Source: Octopus vulgaris (taxonomy: Eukaryota). Taken from it: 64,000 nucleotides of DNA. Below the pieces are notes generated by a model that was given only the letters and a program-made list of their open reading frames with translations, searched no databases and was not told the origin of the DNA. A program made the translations under genes and the position numbers. Every line of letters starts with the position of its first letter. Position 1 is the stretch's first letter. The stretch covers positions 22,940,001 to 23,004,000 of the forward strand of contig OX597820.1 in NCBI GenBank assembly GCA_951406725.2. The letters run 5' to 3'. Positions 23,319 to 36,995 of the stretch are shown piece by piece.

Positions 23319-25176
23319 CTGAACATCAGTTACACTAGTAATTTTTCAAATGAGACAATAAACGCCCTTTGGAAGCCTTTTAGAAAATTAGAGAGGAAGA
23401 GGAAGAGAGTAGGCATGGTGAAGTGTTGTGAGGTGTGGTTCAGAAGTCTTGTCAAGAAATAATGAGAGTACTTGGAAGTCCAAGTTCATGGATTTTATAA
23501 GTACACACTATTTCATTAAGAATAAAGGACAAACTACTTAATTTAAACCAGATTTGAATCTTCACTTCTAAGCTTTACATTGAAGATAAAAGATGTTGGG
23601 TAGCACAAAAAAAAGGAAAGAAAGAAGAGAGGAAGAGAAAAAAAAAAAAAAAACCTTCTTGTAAATACAATACAGAATGCTGAACTTTAACTAGATTTGA
23701 TCTTTCATGCTATGCTTTAATTAAATAGATAATATTTACATTAAACAAATAAATACCTTTCCCAAAAAGAAAAAATAACTGTTTTTATTATTCTACTTAA
23801 GAGTAAGAAAAGAAGGATGATAAGCAAGAGATAAAAAATACTATATTAAAAATCTTAATTTAGAAGAGTTATTTTATAAAAAAAAAAAAAAGTTTTATAC
23901 ATTAAGATCCACATTTCGGAGATTTGATGATTTAAGGGACAAAAACAGTTGAGGGGTACCAATTTAAGCAATTCCATATATCTACATCTAATCAATCCTG
24001 GATTATTTTTTCATAAGAATTAATATTCTCCTCTGATCTAAGCAATTCATGCTGTCTTCTAAGTGTCAAGTAAACATATTAAACAAACTTTTTAAATCAT
24101 TATAGATTCTCTACTTAAAGTGAGTAGGTTTTACTATCACATAAGAGTATAACACCATACTTCTTAGTCCACAAATAGTGCTTGCCTTTTGTGGTGGGGG
24201 GGGGGGGACCATTACAGATTATTCAAAATAAGTGTACACGAACTATGATGATGATGATGAACTAATTGGACTTACTTAAGAAGTACTCACTTAGGGAAGA
24301 GAATTAAAACATCTAGATATACAAAATGAAGTATCTAATAAAACAAAAATGTAACAATAAGCCACTTAAATGAGGCTTGTTGAGAAACCTTTTCAGACAG
24401 ACAGCCACTTCAGAAAAGGGAATTTAATCATATGTCAATAGTGTAAACTGTAACCAAAAGGTTAGACCTATGTAATTCAAGGTCAGCCCAACCATTCAGT
24501 CATATGGGTCAAATACTACAAATCCTTAACTCTCTAGAAACTCTCAAATTCAGAAGTGAATTTGAGATGGATAGCTCAGTCAGTATTATCTGAGAGTCTA
24601 ACACTAGGTTACTACCTATCTTAACAATTTCCAGCATCTTCACAATGACCAGCTACAATAATACAGAGACGTTTCTCAAAGAAACAAAAACTTATCAGCC
24701 ATCTGTTTTCAATGCTAAAATTTCAAGAGAGAAACAATCATGGCACACATCTTACAAAACCCAAGCCTCACCCTGAACAATGTTCTCCTAGATCATCAAA
24801 GCACAACTTTTTTTTTAGGTCAAGTCCTCTCCTTATAAATTTCTCCAAAACTAATTATCTGGATTTGGAGATTCTTCACTGACCAAACTATTTCAGTTAA
24901 TATTGTCAGTATTTTCTCTCAAAGTTAATCCCATAAATGTTGGTGCCCTTCCAAATAATTAATTTTCTCTGATTAGCCTTCTCTTTATCAATACTTACAT
25001 TTCAATCACTAGTCACATTATCCATTTTTCTCCCAATAATGCCTCATTAGCCTTTCAACTTCATGCTCTGCCTATTGCTAACATCAAAAGCTCCTGCTGG
25101 TGTTTCACCATAAAAACCAGAACCCTTAATCTTCAGTCTAGTAACACTTAAGTAACATCTAGTAATAGTATTATAA

Positions 25177-25390
25177 TCCTTTCTACTTTAGGCAAAAGGC
25201 CTGAAATTTGGGGGGTGGAGGCTAGTCGATTACATTGAGCCCAGGGCTCAACTGGTACTCATTTCATCAACCCCAAAAGGATGAAAGACAAAGTTGACCT
25301 CAGTGGCATTCAAACTCAGAATATGAAGACACAAAGTTCCACGAAGCATTTTGTCCAGCACAGTAACAACTCTGCCAGCTCACCATCTTC
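25177..25390 (-). mobile_element. SINE family A
   Basis: Full tail-core-head match. Confidence 0.88.
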
Positions 25391-26039
25391 TAGCAACAGT
25401 ACAAAGGCTATTTATTTCAATAAAGTGCTACACCAAACATCATATTCTTTAATTCTTTTAATACCAATCTGTGTGAGGCTGCATTTGGTTCTATGACAGT
25501 AACCTACATTAAAACTCTCCAGCAAAATTTCATGCTAATTTGTTTCAAAAATCAGTTTAACAATGACAAAATTATTTTACTACATCCCTCGTTATTTTCA
25601 AAATTAACTGAAATAAAAGCAGAGTCTTTCAACAAAAGTATGAAAACAAGAGAGTTAAAATACCTTCTCATTTGAAGAAAATTCAAATGTAGCCAACATA
25701 TATTATGAATCTTCATTGGTTTATTGTGAAAGGGTTCATAACTTAACCAAAAAAAATTATATTCTCATGAAGTATTCTAATATTCTTATGAAATATTCTA
25801 AGTGGTTATCAGCCCAGCAGAATGAAATTCTGATTCTTAAGCAAAATTTGAACACCACCTTGAAACATTTTGAACCCCACAAGCCCTTTACCTAATCAAG
25901 AAATTCTTTGATACTGACAAATTCACACTTTATTCAGTTATCCACACATAACATAACTAATATCACTGCTTCTTGTTATTGGCATTCTCATGCTTGAAGC
26001 TACTGAATATACATACATATCATTTGGCTACTCTATATT

Positions 26040-26430
26040 TATCTTTTATTTTTTTTACTTGTTTCAGCCACTGGACTGTGGCCATGCTGGGGCACTGCCT
26101 TGAAGGGTTTTTGTCAAACAAATCAACCCAAGTACTTATTTTTTTTAAAGCCTGATACTTATTCTTTTGCTCTCTTTTGCCAAAAAACTAAGTTACAAGG
26201 ACATAAACAAACCAACACTGGCTGTCAAGCAGTGAGTGAGGGTAACATAGACACACACACACACACAATGGGCTTCTACACAACTTTCATCAACCAAATT
26301 CATTCACAAAGCATTGGTCAGTCCGAGGTATAGCAGAAGACACTTGCTTAAAGTGCCATGAAGTGAGACTGAACCCAAAACCATGTGGCTGCAAAATAAG
26401 TTTCTTAACAACATAGCAATGCCAGTGCAT
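26040..26430 (-). mobile_element. SINE family B
   Basis: Full match in reverse orientation. Confidence 0.87.
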
Positions 26431-26974
26431 ATCCATCCAACCTCCATCACCACCACTTTTTTTAGCTAGATCCTTCACCAAATATCATTTATAATCTATA
26501 TTTCAAACAACCACCTTTCTATGGAACTAACATCAATACTGTTTCCACCAAATACTAAATTACAAATATCACCTAACACTGCTACTCTTTTACATTTTCC
26601 TATCAAAGAGCAATCAGTCACACAAGCCATGAGTCTTTCTCAGCTTAAATGAACATTATTAGTATATCTCTAGCTCTCAACAGGAACCACTAATAATACA
26701 GGATGCAATATTCTCCTACACATACACATGACCTTTAGTAATAACAACCAGGCTAAGAAAACCTGCAGCTGGCACTCCGGTTCCTACTGCACTCATTCAC
26801 ACAGACATTTACTTGGAATAAATACCTGATTACAAAATACTCCTAAACACCCTTTCACAGGGCTTAATTCTATGAAAATATGGAACATTATCCATTTTCT
26901 AAGAAACAATATTGCCACTTGTGAACACTAGCGTCGTTGTTGGTTATAAGTTTTTATTGGGCAAGCATTATATA

Positions 26975-27165
26975 AGACGGCGAGCTGGCAGAAACGTTAG
27001 CACGCCGGGCGAAATGCTTAGTGGAATTTCGTCTGCCGTTAGATTCTGAGTTCAAATTCCACCGAGGTCAACTTTGCCTTTCATCCTTTCGGGGTCAACT
27101 TAATCCCTTTGTATGTCCTTGTTTGTGCCCTCTGTGTTTAGCCCCTTGTGGGCAATAAAGAAATA
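26975..27165 (+). mobile_element. SINE family A with third tail type and internal deletion
   Basis: Well-conserved head ggcgagctggcagaaacgttagcacgccgggcg; tail cttaatccctttgt...gccccttgtgggcaataaaga, shared with 61045-61263. Confidence 0.88.
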
Positions 27166-27289
27166 TATAAGTTTTTATCGGGCTAATCCCCAAAGTTTTA
27201 CTGCCTTTCTGATGCCAAGAGTGACATGGGACTGTTGCTGGAGGGGGGGGTCTCAATGATGTTATTCCCCTTTGCTGATACACAGCAGT

Positions 27290-27457
27290 AACACACACAC
27301 ACAATCAGCTTCCACAGTTTCTACCTACTAAATTTTACTCATAAGCTATTGGTCAACCTGAGGTGTTGTAGAAGGCATTGCCCAGGTGCAGCACAGTGGA
27401 GTCAAACACAGAACCATGTGGTCACAAATAGAATCTCTTAATCACATAGGTATGCCT
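27290..27457 (-). mobile_element. SINE family B head half, decayed
   Basis: cagtttctacctactaaattttactcataag...agaaccatgtggt. Confidence 0.7.
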
Positions 27458-27744
27458 TGAGAAAGAACAATATGTTAACACACTATACAGCAACAAAGAT
27501 TGAGTCACATTATATGAAAATTTAAAAAATCACTCTGAAAAGCTACTCAGGAAATATAAAATATCAACTAAAAGGGGATCCTATAAATCGGTCAAGAGCA
27601 AATAGTGACTCACAGGACTTCATGAATGGTATGCCTAATGAAAAATTACCTTGAATTTCTTGTAATAGTGCAGCCCACCTGATGATGCACCATGTCTGAT
27701 GCAACCCACTTCTCAAAAAAGATCACCTGTACCTGTTCTACATG

Positions 27745-27910
27745 GTTGTACAACCTGCTAGAAATATCAACTAAATTCCTTAAATCACATCTTCCAATCT
27801 TACAAAAAATAAAGGAAAATACATTGATATATGAGAAATGAGAATGTTACAACTATAACACTTTTGATCATAGGCCTGGTTGGTCAGAGTTGACTTGAGG
27901 TTAAATAACA
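27745..27910 (+). mobile_element. Interspersed repeat family H
   Basis: acctgctagaaata...aaatcaca...tttgatcatagg...; related stretches at about 2335-2430 and 33400-33575. Confidence 0.55.
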
Positions 27911-27972
27911 AATTTTAAAGCAAGACTACAAATACCTTCTCTACAGACTCAGCTAATTCACATGCACTATAA

Positions 27973-28176
27973 CAGTGATTCTCAACCTTTTTAATATCTG
28001 GACCAGATCCAAAACCTGGATTTTTTTTAAGGCGGGGTAGCCCCACCACTGCCACTACTACTACGAAAAAGTGAAAAGCAACTCAAAGAAAAATTAATTA
28101 TATTTAAAGAGGGAAAGCTGCCAGAGGATGCTTGAGGGCTGCATTCTGCCCTGGGAGCAGCAATTGAGAACTGCCA
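27973..28176. mobile_element. hAT-type MITE, decayed
   Basis: cagtgattctcaa ... ttgagaactgcca; 8-bp TSD cactataa / ctctataa. Confidence 0.65.
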
Positions 28177-29493
28177 CTCTATAACATGTTATGTAATTTT
28201 CCTCAAACTATCAAAACCCTTACCTCAGCAAGTGTAACATTAGAATGAACATTACGCTAAATTTGAAGCACTAAGGCACAGTATTAACTCACTTTTTATT
28301 TATATTGTTCTTGAATTTAGAACTAAAGAACCACAGAATCAATCAAAGGAGCAGAGGAACTGCAGTGACCACAAACAACTGAGCTAAGATCAACAGATTT
28401 CAAAACAACATTTTGGTTTCTAGCTCAGAAAGAATTAGCTCAGAACATTTTCAATATAAGGCAGTGCAGCTTAAAGAAACACACAAACAGTTCAAATAAA
28501 TTAACAGTAGAGCCAATACTTTTGATGTACTTTGTTCAATGGTGCATCTAGCAGTATATACAACATATAACCAAATATTCATACTTTTATGATAGTGTTT
28601 ATCAAAAGCTTTTATCTGTGTAATTTAATCAGTAGTCATTGAGTGGTTATAATTTTGTTCCACCCATGTATAATCAACTAGTGATTTCATTGCTATGATA
28701 ACACTATCAGAAGAATAAAGATTAGAGACGAAGAAAGGGTCAAAAGAGTAAGAGAAAATCACAGAACAGCATTTAAAGAAAATTGAATGCAGTAATGTCA
28801 TTAGCAAATGAGACTGGATGTGATGTTGATCAGGCAGGTTCAAGCTAAAGCATGTGATCCAGTTAGTCCACTGCAATCAGCCACTCAACTGATCTCTTCC
28901 TGAAGATCAACCAGTGCAACTCTTATTGACTTGGTGCATGCAACATATACAAACAATGCTTCAAAAGAGCAGTAGTGGTTGAACATGTAGCTTTTTTTAT
29001 ATCCTGAACACACATTTTCTCTTGATACAATTCTCTCAACTAGACCATTAAAAAGATTATGAACAGTTTACTCAAACAGATTAAGAGCATGTTCAGTTCT
29101 TACCAAGCTGCTCTTATTTTGTCTCACTCTTTTATGGTTAACTGGGAATATCCGATCTTGAATTCAAAAAGAAAAAGAACATCTAGTTAGAGAACCTTTG
29201 TTCTAATCAAATATGCTCTGAATCCTAAGCTATACAAGCCGAACAAACCAGCAAGCAGTTTAAAGTATAACTAGTGATGAAGTTTTGACACAGTATGCTT
29301 AATTCCCAAATGCAACAATCTGATAAATTCTTACTGGCTTAAAAGTTGGAATTTGTTCCTAATCCAAATCCAACAAACAGGTTCAACACAGAATATTCAA
29401 ATCTAAAACTTAGCAAAATAATCTTTAATCAGATGCAAATCACTGGATTTGCAAAGTAATGCATATAAATACATAATTTTTAAAAAATAATAA

Positions 29494-29868
29494 GAGGCAT
29501 GGCTGTGTGTGGTAAGAAGCTTGCTTCCCAACCACATGGTCCCGGGTTCAGTCCCACTGCATGGCACCTTGGGAAAATGTCTTCTACTACAGCCACAGGC
29601 CGACCAAAACCATGTGAGTGCATTTGGTAGACAAACTGAAAGAAGCCCATTGGATGGATGGATATGTATGTATGTATATGTTTGTGTGTCTGTATTTGTC
29701 CCCCTACCATCACTTGACAACCAACGTTGGTGTGTTTACATCCCCGTAACTTAGTGGTTCAGCAAAAGATACTGATAGAATAAGTCCAGAGGCCAATTAG
29801 TTCAACTAAAGGTGGTGCTCCAGCATGGCCATATTCAAATGACTGAAACAAGTAAAAAAAATAAAGAG
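29494..29868 (+). mobile_element. SINE family B
   Basis: Full head-to-tail match. Confidence 0.92.
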
Positions 29869-30524
29869 ATTTAAATGAAGAGTCTCTTTATGAAGGATAA
29901 TTGTAAGTTCATTTTGTAGGTGAGTAGTTTAGTTCAAATTTAGTTCTGACCCTCTCTCCAAATTGATCAAAAACAAATTTGTGATAACAGTGGGAGATAG
30001 AGGACAAAAATAGACAATATTGAGCATACTGAATTTCTGAGTCACTGATTAACATTGAAACATTCCTCCCACAGACTAAGCGTTCTCAGCATAGATGAAG
30101 AACATCCAACAACAACAATCATTTTTTAAAGCTAAAAAATATATGAAGAAAATAGAAATTCTATAAGCAAACCAATGTGAATATATCTAATGTCGGATGA
30201 AGAACATCAGCAAATCTTTGATGACAACTACCATCTTAACTGAACTTAACTTTGGATACTAGAATATGTTTATTTCACTTCATGCTGTGAACAATATATT
30301 GAGTTTAACAGTTAACTGTTTCAATACCCATTGGAGATCACCTCTAGTTCCAGAAAAACAGAACCTAGCATTTTTAAAGTATCCATATGTAAATTAAAAC
30401 CATCCATCATAATTTAATGCAAGAATTTTTTATGATAAAAACATTTTCCTTATTATGAAAAGGTAATTTAACTAAGCATCTCTAAGTTCTTGAGTATTTT
30501 CAAAATTAATTAAAACAGATATAG

Positions 30525-30720
30525 ACACTGTCATACAAGCAGTGTCTATGAGTTCCAATATTCTGTGAGGACATGTTTGGTCATGGAGAAATATCACCTT
30601 ACTTGGAAACAGATGAGAGTTGGTAACAGGAAAGGTGTCCACGACAGAATATCTGCCTCAATAAACTCCATTTGACCCATGCACACACAGAAAAGTTGAT
30701 GTTAAAATAATAATGATGAT
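30525..30720 (+). mobile_element. SINE family G, 3' half
   Basis: gtcatacaagc...ccttacttggaaacag...gacccatgc...gttaaaataataatgat. Confidence 0.8.
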
Positions 30721-31020
30721 CCCATAAGAAGCAAGGTCATAAAAAAAAAGGGGGCATGGATAATATAAAATCCATAAAGAATGAATAGAAAATATAAAAC
30801 AAAGAGGTTCTTTGTCAGCATTGTATAACTAAATTCTATTTTTAATAGAAAGGGATTTTTGAAAGGATTTTTAAAACAATAGAAAAAAAAATGAGAGTTG
30901 GAAGCAAAAATTAAACAAAGAATATGAATTCACACACATAATTTTGTGTAAATTACTTTAACATTTCATAACTAAATTTACTTTTCAATAAAGTATATAG
31001 TTCAAATTTAAAACAAAAAA

Positions 31021-31343
31021 CAAGGCAACACCAACGTCCTCTCAATGATTAGTCAGAGATAATTTTTAAAATGAGAATATCTGAAATAAACTCGACTGCT
31101 CTCACAACCGAGAATACTAGAAGTGAATCCGACCACTCTCAAAAAAGTAAAAAAACAGGAAAAATAATCCAGAATCTTTGTCTGGTACCAGATCGATCCC
31201 AAAATCTAATCAGTTCATGCCAGTCATGAAGCCAAACATCCCTGAAAGTTTCATCCGAATCCATCCATGAGATATCTTGTCCATGGACAAACAAACAAAC
31301 ACGAATGAAAACAATACCTCTGCCTTTGCTAAGGCCGAGGTAA
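31021..31343 (-). mobile_element. Helentron/HINE-like element, second copy (3' end missing)
   Basis: Reverse complement aligns with 10306-10628; terminal hairpin tacctctgcctt-tgct-aaggccgaggta (31315-31342). Confidence 0.65.
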
Positions 31344-32053
31344 TAAGATTGTTGGTGAAATAGTTTACTATTGTTGAAGCTCATTTTGTTACTTCCAATA
31401 ATATATTGTTAACAAGTAATAAAAAGATGATCAAGCAGATCAAATATGTTTTTGCTTTAGGGAATACCCTTCCTATTGTAGTACTGAATAATAATTTCAC
31501 GATTAGCTTGCTATTTTAATGAACAACAAGAAGGAAATTAAGTAACACAGACCTTCACCATATCACTTCCTACTAGCACGCGGATTCAACCAAAATTGTT
31601 TTTACATAACCCAGTAACTATGAAATTCTGAATGTTTACTATTAGCGTAATCAAATCCCAACTTGAACTCGGCAAAACTAACATTTCAAATAAGTCAACT
31701 ATAATATACTTTAAAACCCATTAAATTCCGTCAGAGATAAGCCTCTGACACTGAAAAATGATTGTCCAATACTTTTTGGCTTTTTTTTTTTGTGTCCTTT
31801 TTGCTATCGTTTTGTATTTTATTTCTAATCAAAAAAATTAAAAGAGGATGTTTAAATTCCTATAACTGCCAGATTAGTTTATTTGTCATCATTTGTAGAT
31901 AACGTTGTCATTTAGATGGTTTATACTGCAGTTGTAAGTTACACTCCTTCAATTTTATGCAATGCTTGAATTACATTAGCTAAGATAGATGGCTTCTTTC
32001 AACAATGATGTCAAATGTAAAAACTAGATTGCATTCATACATGATAATTTTAA

Positions 32054-32251
32054 CCCTTTTGTTACCACATTTCTTATATCACTTACAACTGATTTGGAAA
32101 TAATCAAAAATTTGTAAGGGCTTAGAAAAACATCATTATGAAGCCGGCATTTTTGAAACGGGCCATTTTAATTTAAATATGAATTTTTAAAACAGGATTT
32201 TTTTGTATTATAGAACAAGAAGCAGTTTCAGATGAATTCATGTCAAAAGGA
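32054..32251. mobile_element. piggyBac-type MITE P1, decayed
   Basis: TTAA|cccttttgttacca ... caaaagga|TTAA. Confidence 0.7.
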
Positions 32252-32439
32252 TTAACTAATTCAATGAAAAAATGAAAATAGATTAGTATAATTTAACCTA
32301 AGGCTCTAACCATACTTCGAAAATATAGAATGTCTATAATCAATAGCTAAGACATCATCATCATTGTACTAACGTTTACTTTTTCACTTTTGCATAGGCT
32401 GGATGGAATTCAAATGTATTAAAAATGACACTGTAAATA

Positions 32440-32730
32440 CCAAATGTCTAGTGAAATGCAGGTATTCTTAGCTAGGAATCTTTACTTTACAATCATCAAT
32501 GTGGAGAAGGCATCTGACAGAATCCAATACTAGCTTCACCATTACTATAGAGGTGAAGGACTTGAACCAGTTCAAGCTATGTACAAAATAAAGCTTAGCT
32601 TTAAAAGAAAAAAGATCAGGACTGAAGGTTGCTTCAGAAAGGAATTTAAAATCAAAAGTTGACCGGGGTTTGGTTTTAAGATTTTTTGCTATTCATTGCA
32701 GTCCAGGATTAGATGTTCATAAGAACTTGT
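32440..32730 (+). mobile_element. Decayed RTE-type reverse transcriptase fragment
   Basis: LYFTIINVEKASDRI (compare LY..F.DLEKAFDRV), then QAMY and a frameshifted G.VL..LLFIAV in RT motif order. Confidence 0.6.
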
Positions 32731-33180
32731 AGAATTTGAAAGCCTGCTCTTGTTACAGAATCAGTCAAGGAGCTACAGAAAGAGTTTCAAACAGAAAAAG
32801 AGTGGAGTAGAATAAAAAAAAATTAAAAAAATAAAAAAGTCAGCAAAGCAGAGACTAAAGTACTCATCCTTCATAGAGAGCACCATCACCTAGGAAATAC
32901 CTTTGTTAAATATTTAGGAAGGAGGTTTAAAAAAGAAAAAAATCAATACTGCATACACAGTGGCAGTGATAGGTACACAACAGATGCAATGGAATCTTTG
33001 CCAAAATCAAGAGGAAACCAGTACTTGAGGTGTTCCAGAAATACAGGTGTAATTAGTGCAGAGGCACTTACAAAATGAAGTTCATGGAATGTTCAAACAG
33101 CTCACTGAATATGGTAGTTTCTGCTACTCAGGTAATACAGTTAGTGCTGGAGATAACTAGTAAAATATTTTGAACTTTAA

Positions 33181-33347
33181 CCAATTGATACCAACCTGCC
33201 TGAAGCCACCAACCAAAATTTCATGCAAATTTATGTTCTAAACACCAGCTTGATAATGACAAAGTTATTTTAATTCATTCATTTTTTTTTCCAAAATTAA
33301 TGGAAACAGAGGCAGTTTATTTCATCAGAAATATAGTAATAAAAGGG
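33181..33347. mobile_element. piggyBac-type MITE P1, reverse orientation, decayed
   Basis: ttaa|ccaattgataccaacctg ... taataaaaggg|taa. Confidence 0.6.
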
Positions 33348-33617
33348 TAAAGAAAGAAATGGGAGAATTTCAGGTAATCTTTGCTTTTCTTGATAACAAA
33401 CCCATTCAGTCATTTAACCTGATGGAAATAGCAGCCATGTATCAGATCAGACTCCAGTGTCTAAAAAAAAAATTAACAGGTAATATGACTACATTAGCCA
33501 AAGTCTAAAAGCAAAAAGGAATGACCATGACTGAGACATGTTTGAATAAAGGTCTGTTCAATCAGTCAACTGAAGTTTCTTTCTTTGTGTGTGTGTGGGC
33601 GGGGATGTATCAAACAT

Positions 33618-33997
33618 TTATCTTTTATCTTTAACTTGTTTCAGACATTAGACGGTAGCCATGCTGGAACATGACCTTAAGAAATTTATTTAAATGAATC
33701 AACCCCAGTACTTATTATTTTTTTAAACCTGGTATTTACTCTATTGGTCTCCTTCACCAAAGTGCTAGGCCATAGGGGCGTAAACACACCAGCACCGGTT
33801 GTCAAGCAACGATGGACACACGGACACACATATACATATATATATATATATACAACAAACTTTTTTCAGTTTCTGTCTACCAAATCCACTCCCAGCCTGA
33901 GGCTGTAGAAGATACTTGCCCAAGTTGCCACACAGTGGGACTGAACCTGGAACTATGTGGTGGAAGCAAACTTCTTACCACACAGCCATGCCTGCAC
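33618..33997 (-). mobile_element. SINE family B
   Basis: Full match in reverse orientation. Confidence 0.88.
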
Positions 33998-34459
33998 CTT
34001 GTTAAAAAAAAAAAAAGGTTCTACATGATAGTGGAACATGGAGATTACATGCAGGAAATTTACACTGATTGGAGGAGAATGTGCCAGGTGTGCATTGTTC
34101 TATTGATGCACAATGATAAATTCCAAAAAAATGTAATCAGTGAGGCCTCGCTGATTACATTTATGCTGCATCATTTGTGCTGCATTGAACTTTGAACATT
34201 GAACTTTGTGCTGCATCATTTGCAGGATACAAATAATAGGGTCTTCAGTTAGTAATGAGATATATCCTATCAACTCTGTCAAATGCAGCCCCTTCGTCCA
34301 GTGGACAATCCAGCAGCTAAATCAAGATATCATACTTCAGTTAGCTTCTCAGTATTGTTTTAATTTTAATTTAACGATATAGAAAATCAGGCATGTCTAT
34401 GCCCCAAAATGTGTGTGAGTGAGAGAGAGAGAGAGAGAGAGAATATAAATATATCCATG

Positions 34460-34647
34460 TGTTCTTGTCGTGCAAGTACTTGGGTGACCTCACTAGTGCC
34501 ATATAAAAAGATCCAGTCCACACTGTAAAGTGGTTGGCATTAGGAAGGGCATCCAGCTGTAGAAACCAGTCCTCTGAGCCACTGGTTTCTGTCTAACTCT
34601 CCAACTTAAGCCCACATGGATAAAGAGATGTTACACAATGATGATGG
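34460..34647 (+). mobile_element. Family C
   Basis: ggtgacctcactagtgcc...gtggttggcattaggaagggcatccagctgtagaaacc. Confidence 0.8.
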
Positions 34648-35956
34648 TGTGTGCATATAAATGTATACACATACATCTATGTGTGTATGCATGCTTGTTT
34701 GTTTGTTTTGTCATTTAATTTGATGAGTCTGGTAGAAAGGACAGTGACCATGGCCTTTGCACAATTTTCTGGATTGGTGTGATTGATGCCTTTAATGTTA
34801 CTCTTGAACTTTGCAAGTCAACATCTGCAATAAAGACATGAACAAAGAGTTTCAGAGGGACACCGTTCAGGAGAGGAAGGACTGAGCATGATGTCTGTGC
34901 TTCTGTGTAATGAAATATGGCACTAGATCTGTCCATATTCAACTCTAATACAATCATTACTGTCTCTCCCTCTCACATTACCCCTCCATCACTTATTGCT
35001 GTATTTCCATTACTCCTTTTTCTATCAATTTGTCTTTTGCTCACCACACTGTTCATGTTGTTTTTCTATCCAATCTCCTTACCAACAACAACCATGTAGC
35101 TGCCTATTACTGTCTCTCTTTCTTTACTACTCCCCTCTACCAATCTCTCACCTTTCTAACTCTGTTTCCCTACACCACATTAGAACCTCTCTTTTATCAC
35201 TTTTTTACTTTAGCTCTCTCCCCATCATCACTCTTAGTTACATTGCTTTGAACACACAGCGATATTACCAAGAAGGGCCAAGACATTTCATCTCACCAAG
35301 GACAAGGCAATCTCCCTTGTGCTGATACCACAATAAAATACGCCCTGCGAAGTGGTTGGCATTAGGTTGGATAAGATCTCAGAAGGCAATCAATTACACA
35401 ATGCCAAAACTGGAATATACAAGACATGGTCTATATCATGTACAGGAGGAACAGTAACTCTGAATAGGAACTGAAGTGGCTCATGAGGAGGGTCCATCTA
35501 AATGATGCCAGCTTATAAAATGACTATGATGTGTAAAATATTGTCAAATATTTACATCATTTGTTAACATAAATCAATGAAAGATGTAAGTAGACACATT
35601 CATGCACATGGATTTACACCAATGTGTAACTTTCACTGACAACAGATGTAAACATAGTCAAGAAAAAAGATTAAGCAGTGCTTTTAAAATAAACCATGTT
35701 GCAATATTTGTACCAAGAGTGCCAACTGGTTACCATTATTTCTATTATATGTAAAATAAATCCATTTTAATACCTCCATCAATGTTACTAGCACATCTGT
35801 TTAATTTTACAACCATTTTAATACCTCATCCTCCAACTGTCACTTTTGTGAAAAAAAACAGACCCCAATAAAAAAAAAATTTTTTTAAACTTGATGTGCG
35901 ACAGTGTTTTATAATATTTACACTGCTTTTTCTGCAGTGCCTTGGAAACTGTTTAA

Positions 35957-36177
35957 CCCTTTAGCATTTAAACCGGCCATATCCGGCCCAAATTTTCTAC
36001 TTCTTTTATGTTCAAACCATCTAGATCTGGCATCTCACTCATATCCTACAATGACATCCTCAAAATAAAACCATCACATCATCAAATTCTCAGAGCTACA
36101 AGATAATGCAGGATTAATTCAAAACAATGTGAATGAAGAAGCATTATATTTGACAGAGTAATCTGAACACTAAAGGG
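35957..36177. mobile_element. piggyBac-type MITE P2
   Basis: TTAA|ccctttagcatttaaaccggccatatccggcc ... aacactaaaggg|TTAA. Confidence 0.88.
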
Positions 36178-36224
36178 TTAAAGGAGATAATTTTTTATTT
36201 AGATGAGGCTGGAGATTATTATTA

Positions 36225-36430
36225 TCATAATCATCATTTAATGTTCCGTGTTGGCATGGGTTGGACCACATTGTGCTCCAGTATCTGCTCCAGCAAGGTT
36301 TCTACAGCTGAATGTTCTTCCTAACACCAACCACTCCACAGTAACTTTATGCTAACAGATAAGGAGTAGAGAGGAGAGTAAAGTATGAGAGAAAAGGGCC
36401 AGAGCAGGAAAGATTTCTTGCTGTAGAGTA
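36225..36430 (-). mobile_element. Family C, decayed, with the upstream module
   Basis: catcatttaatgt...ttcctaacaccaaccactc...tttcttgctgtagag. Confidence 0.65.
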
Positions 36431-36819
36431 GTTACAGGACTACTCACATTTTAGTTGAGAGGGTAAGAATTTCCTGAAGTGCAATATGTGAAACCAAGAT
36501 GTTGTTGCTATATTTTAAATTATCATTCAATCCATTTTAGTAGTACTAAAAAAATGGGCAATGGTGATGACAACAAACATACATATACACACATACTAAG
36601 CATTTTTCACCACTACTAATCTCTATAAAATCATGATTTTCTAAACAAAATGGGTCACTTACTACAATGCATGTGAAATTTTCAACATAAGTATTTTTTC
36701 ATTGACCTGCTGGTGTATCATTAATTTTCTAGTCTTAGTAAACTACTCTTGACATTAATATAACTAACACTAACAAGGAAGTAGATGTAATATTTACAAC
36801 AGGACGGACACAAAGTGTA

Positions 36820-36884
36820 ATATCTTCAACAACATATTACATATCCTCAACAACATATTACATATCCTCAACAACATATTACAT
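36820..36884. repeat. 21-bp minisatellite, 3 copies
   Basis: atatcYtcaacaacatattac x3. Confidence 0.95.
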
Positions 36885-36995
36885 AATTCTTTTAGAGACA
36901 TAATCCTCTTACAGACATAGAAAAAGAGCTTGGTCAAAAAGGTACTGCAAATTTGGATATTGTTGGAGTAATCAATTTGTAGTACCCAGTTTTAT

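Noticed and set aside
36820-36884. CRISPR-like array
   Set aside because: Head-to-tail 21-bp repeats without spacers in a eukaryotic context
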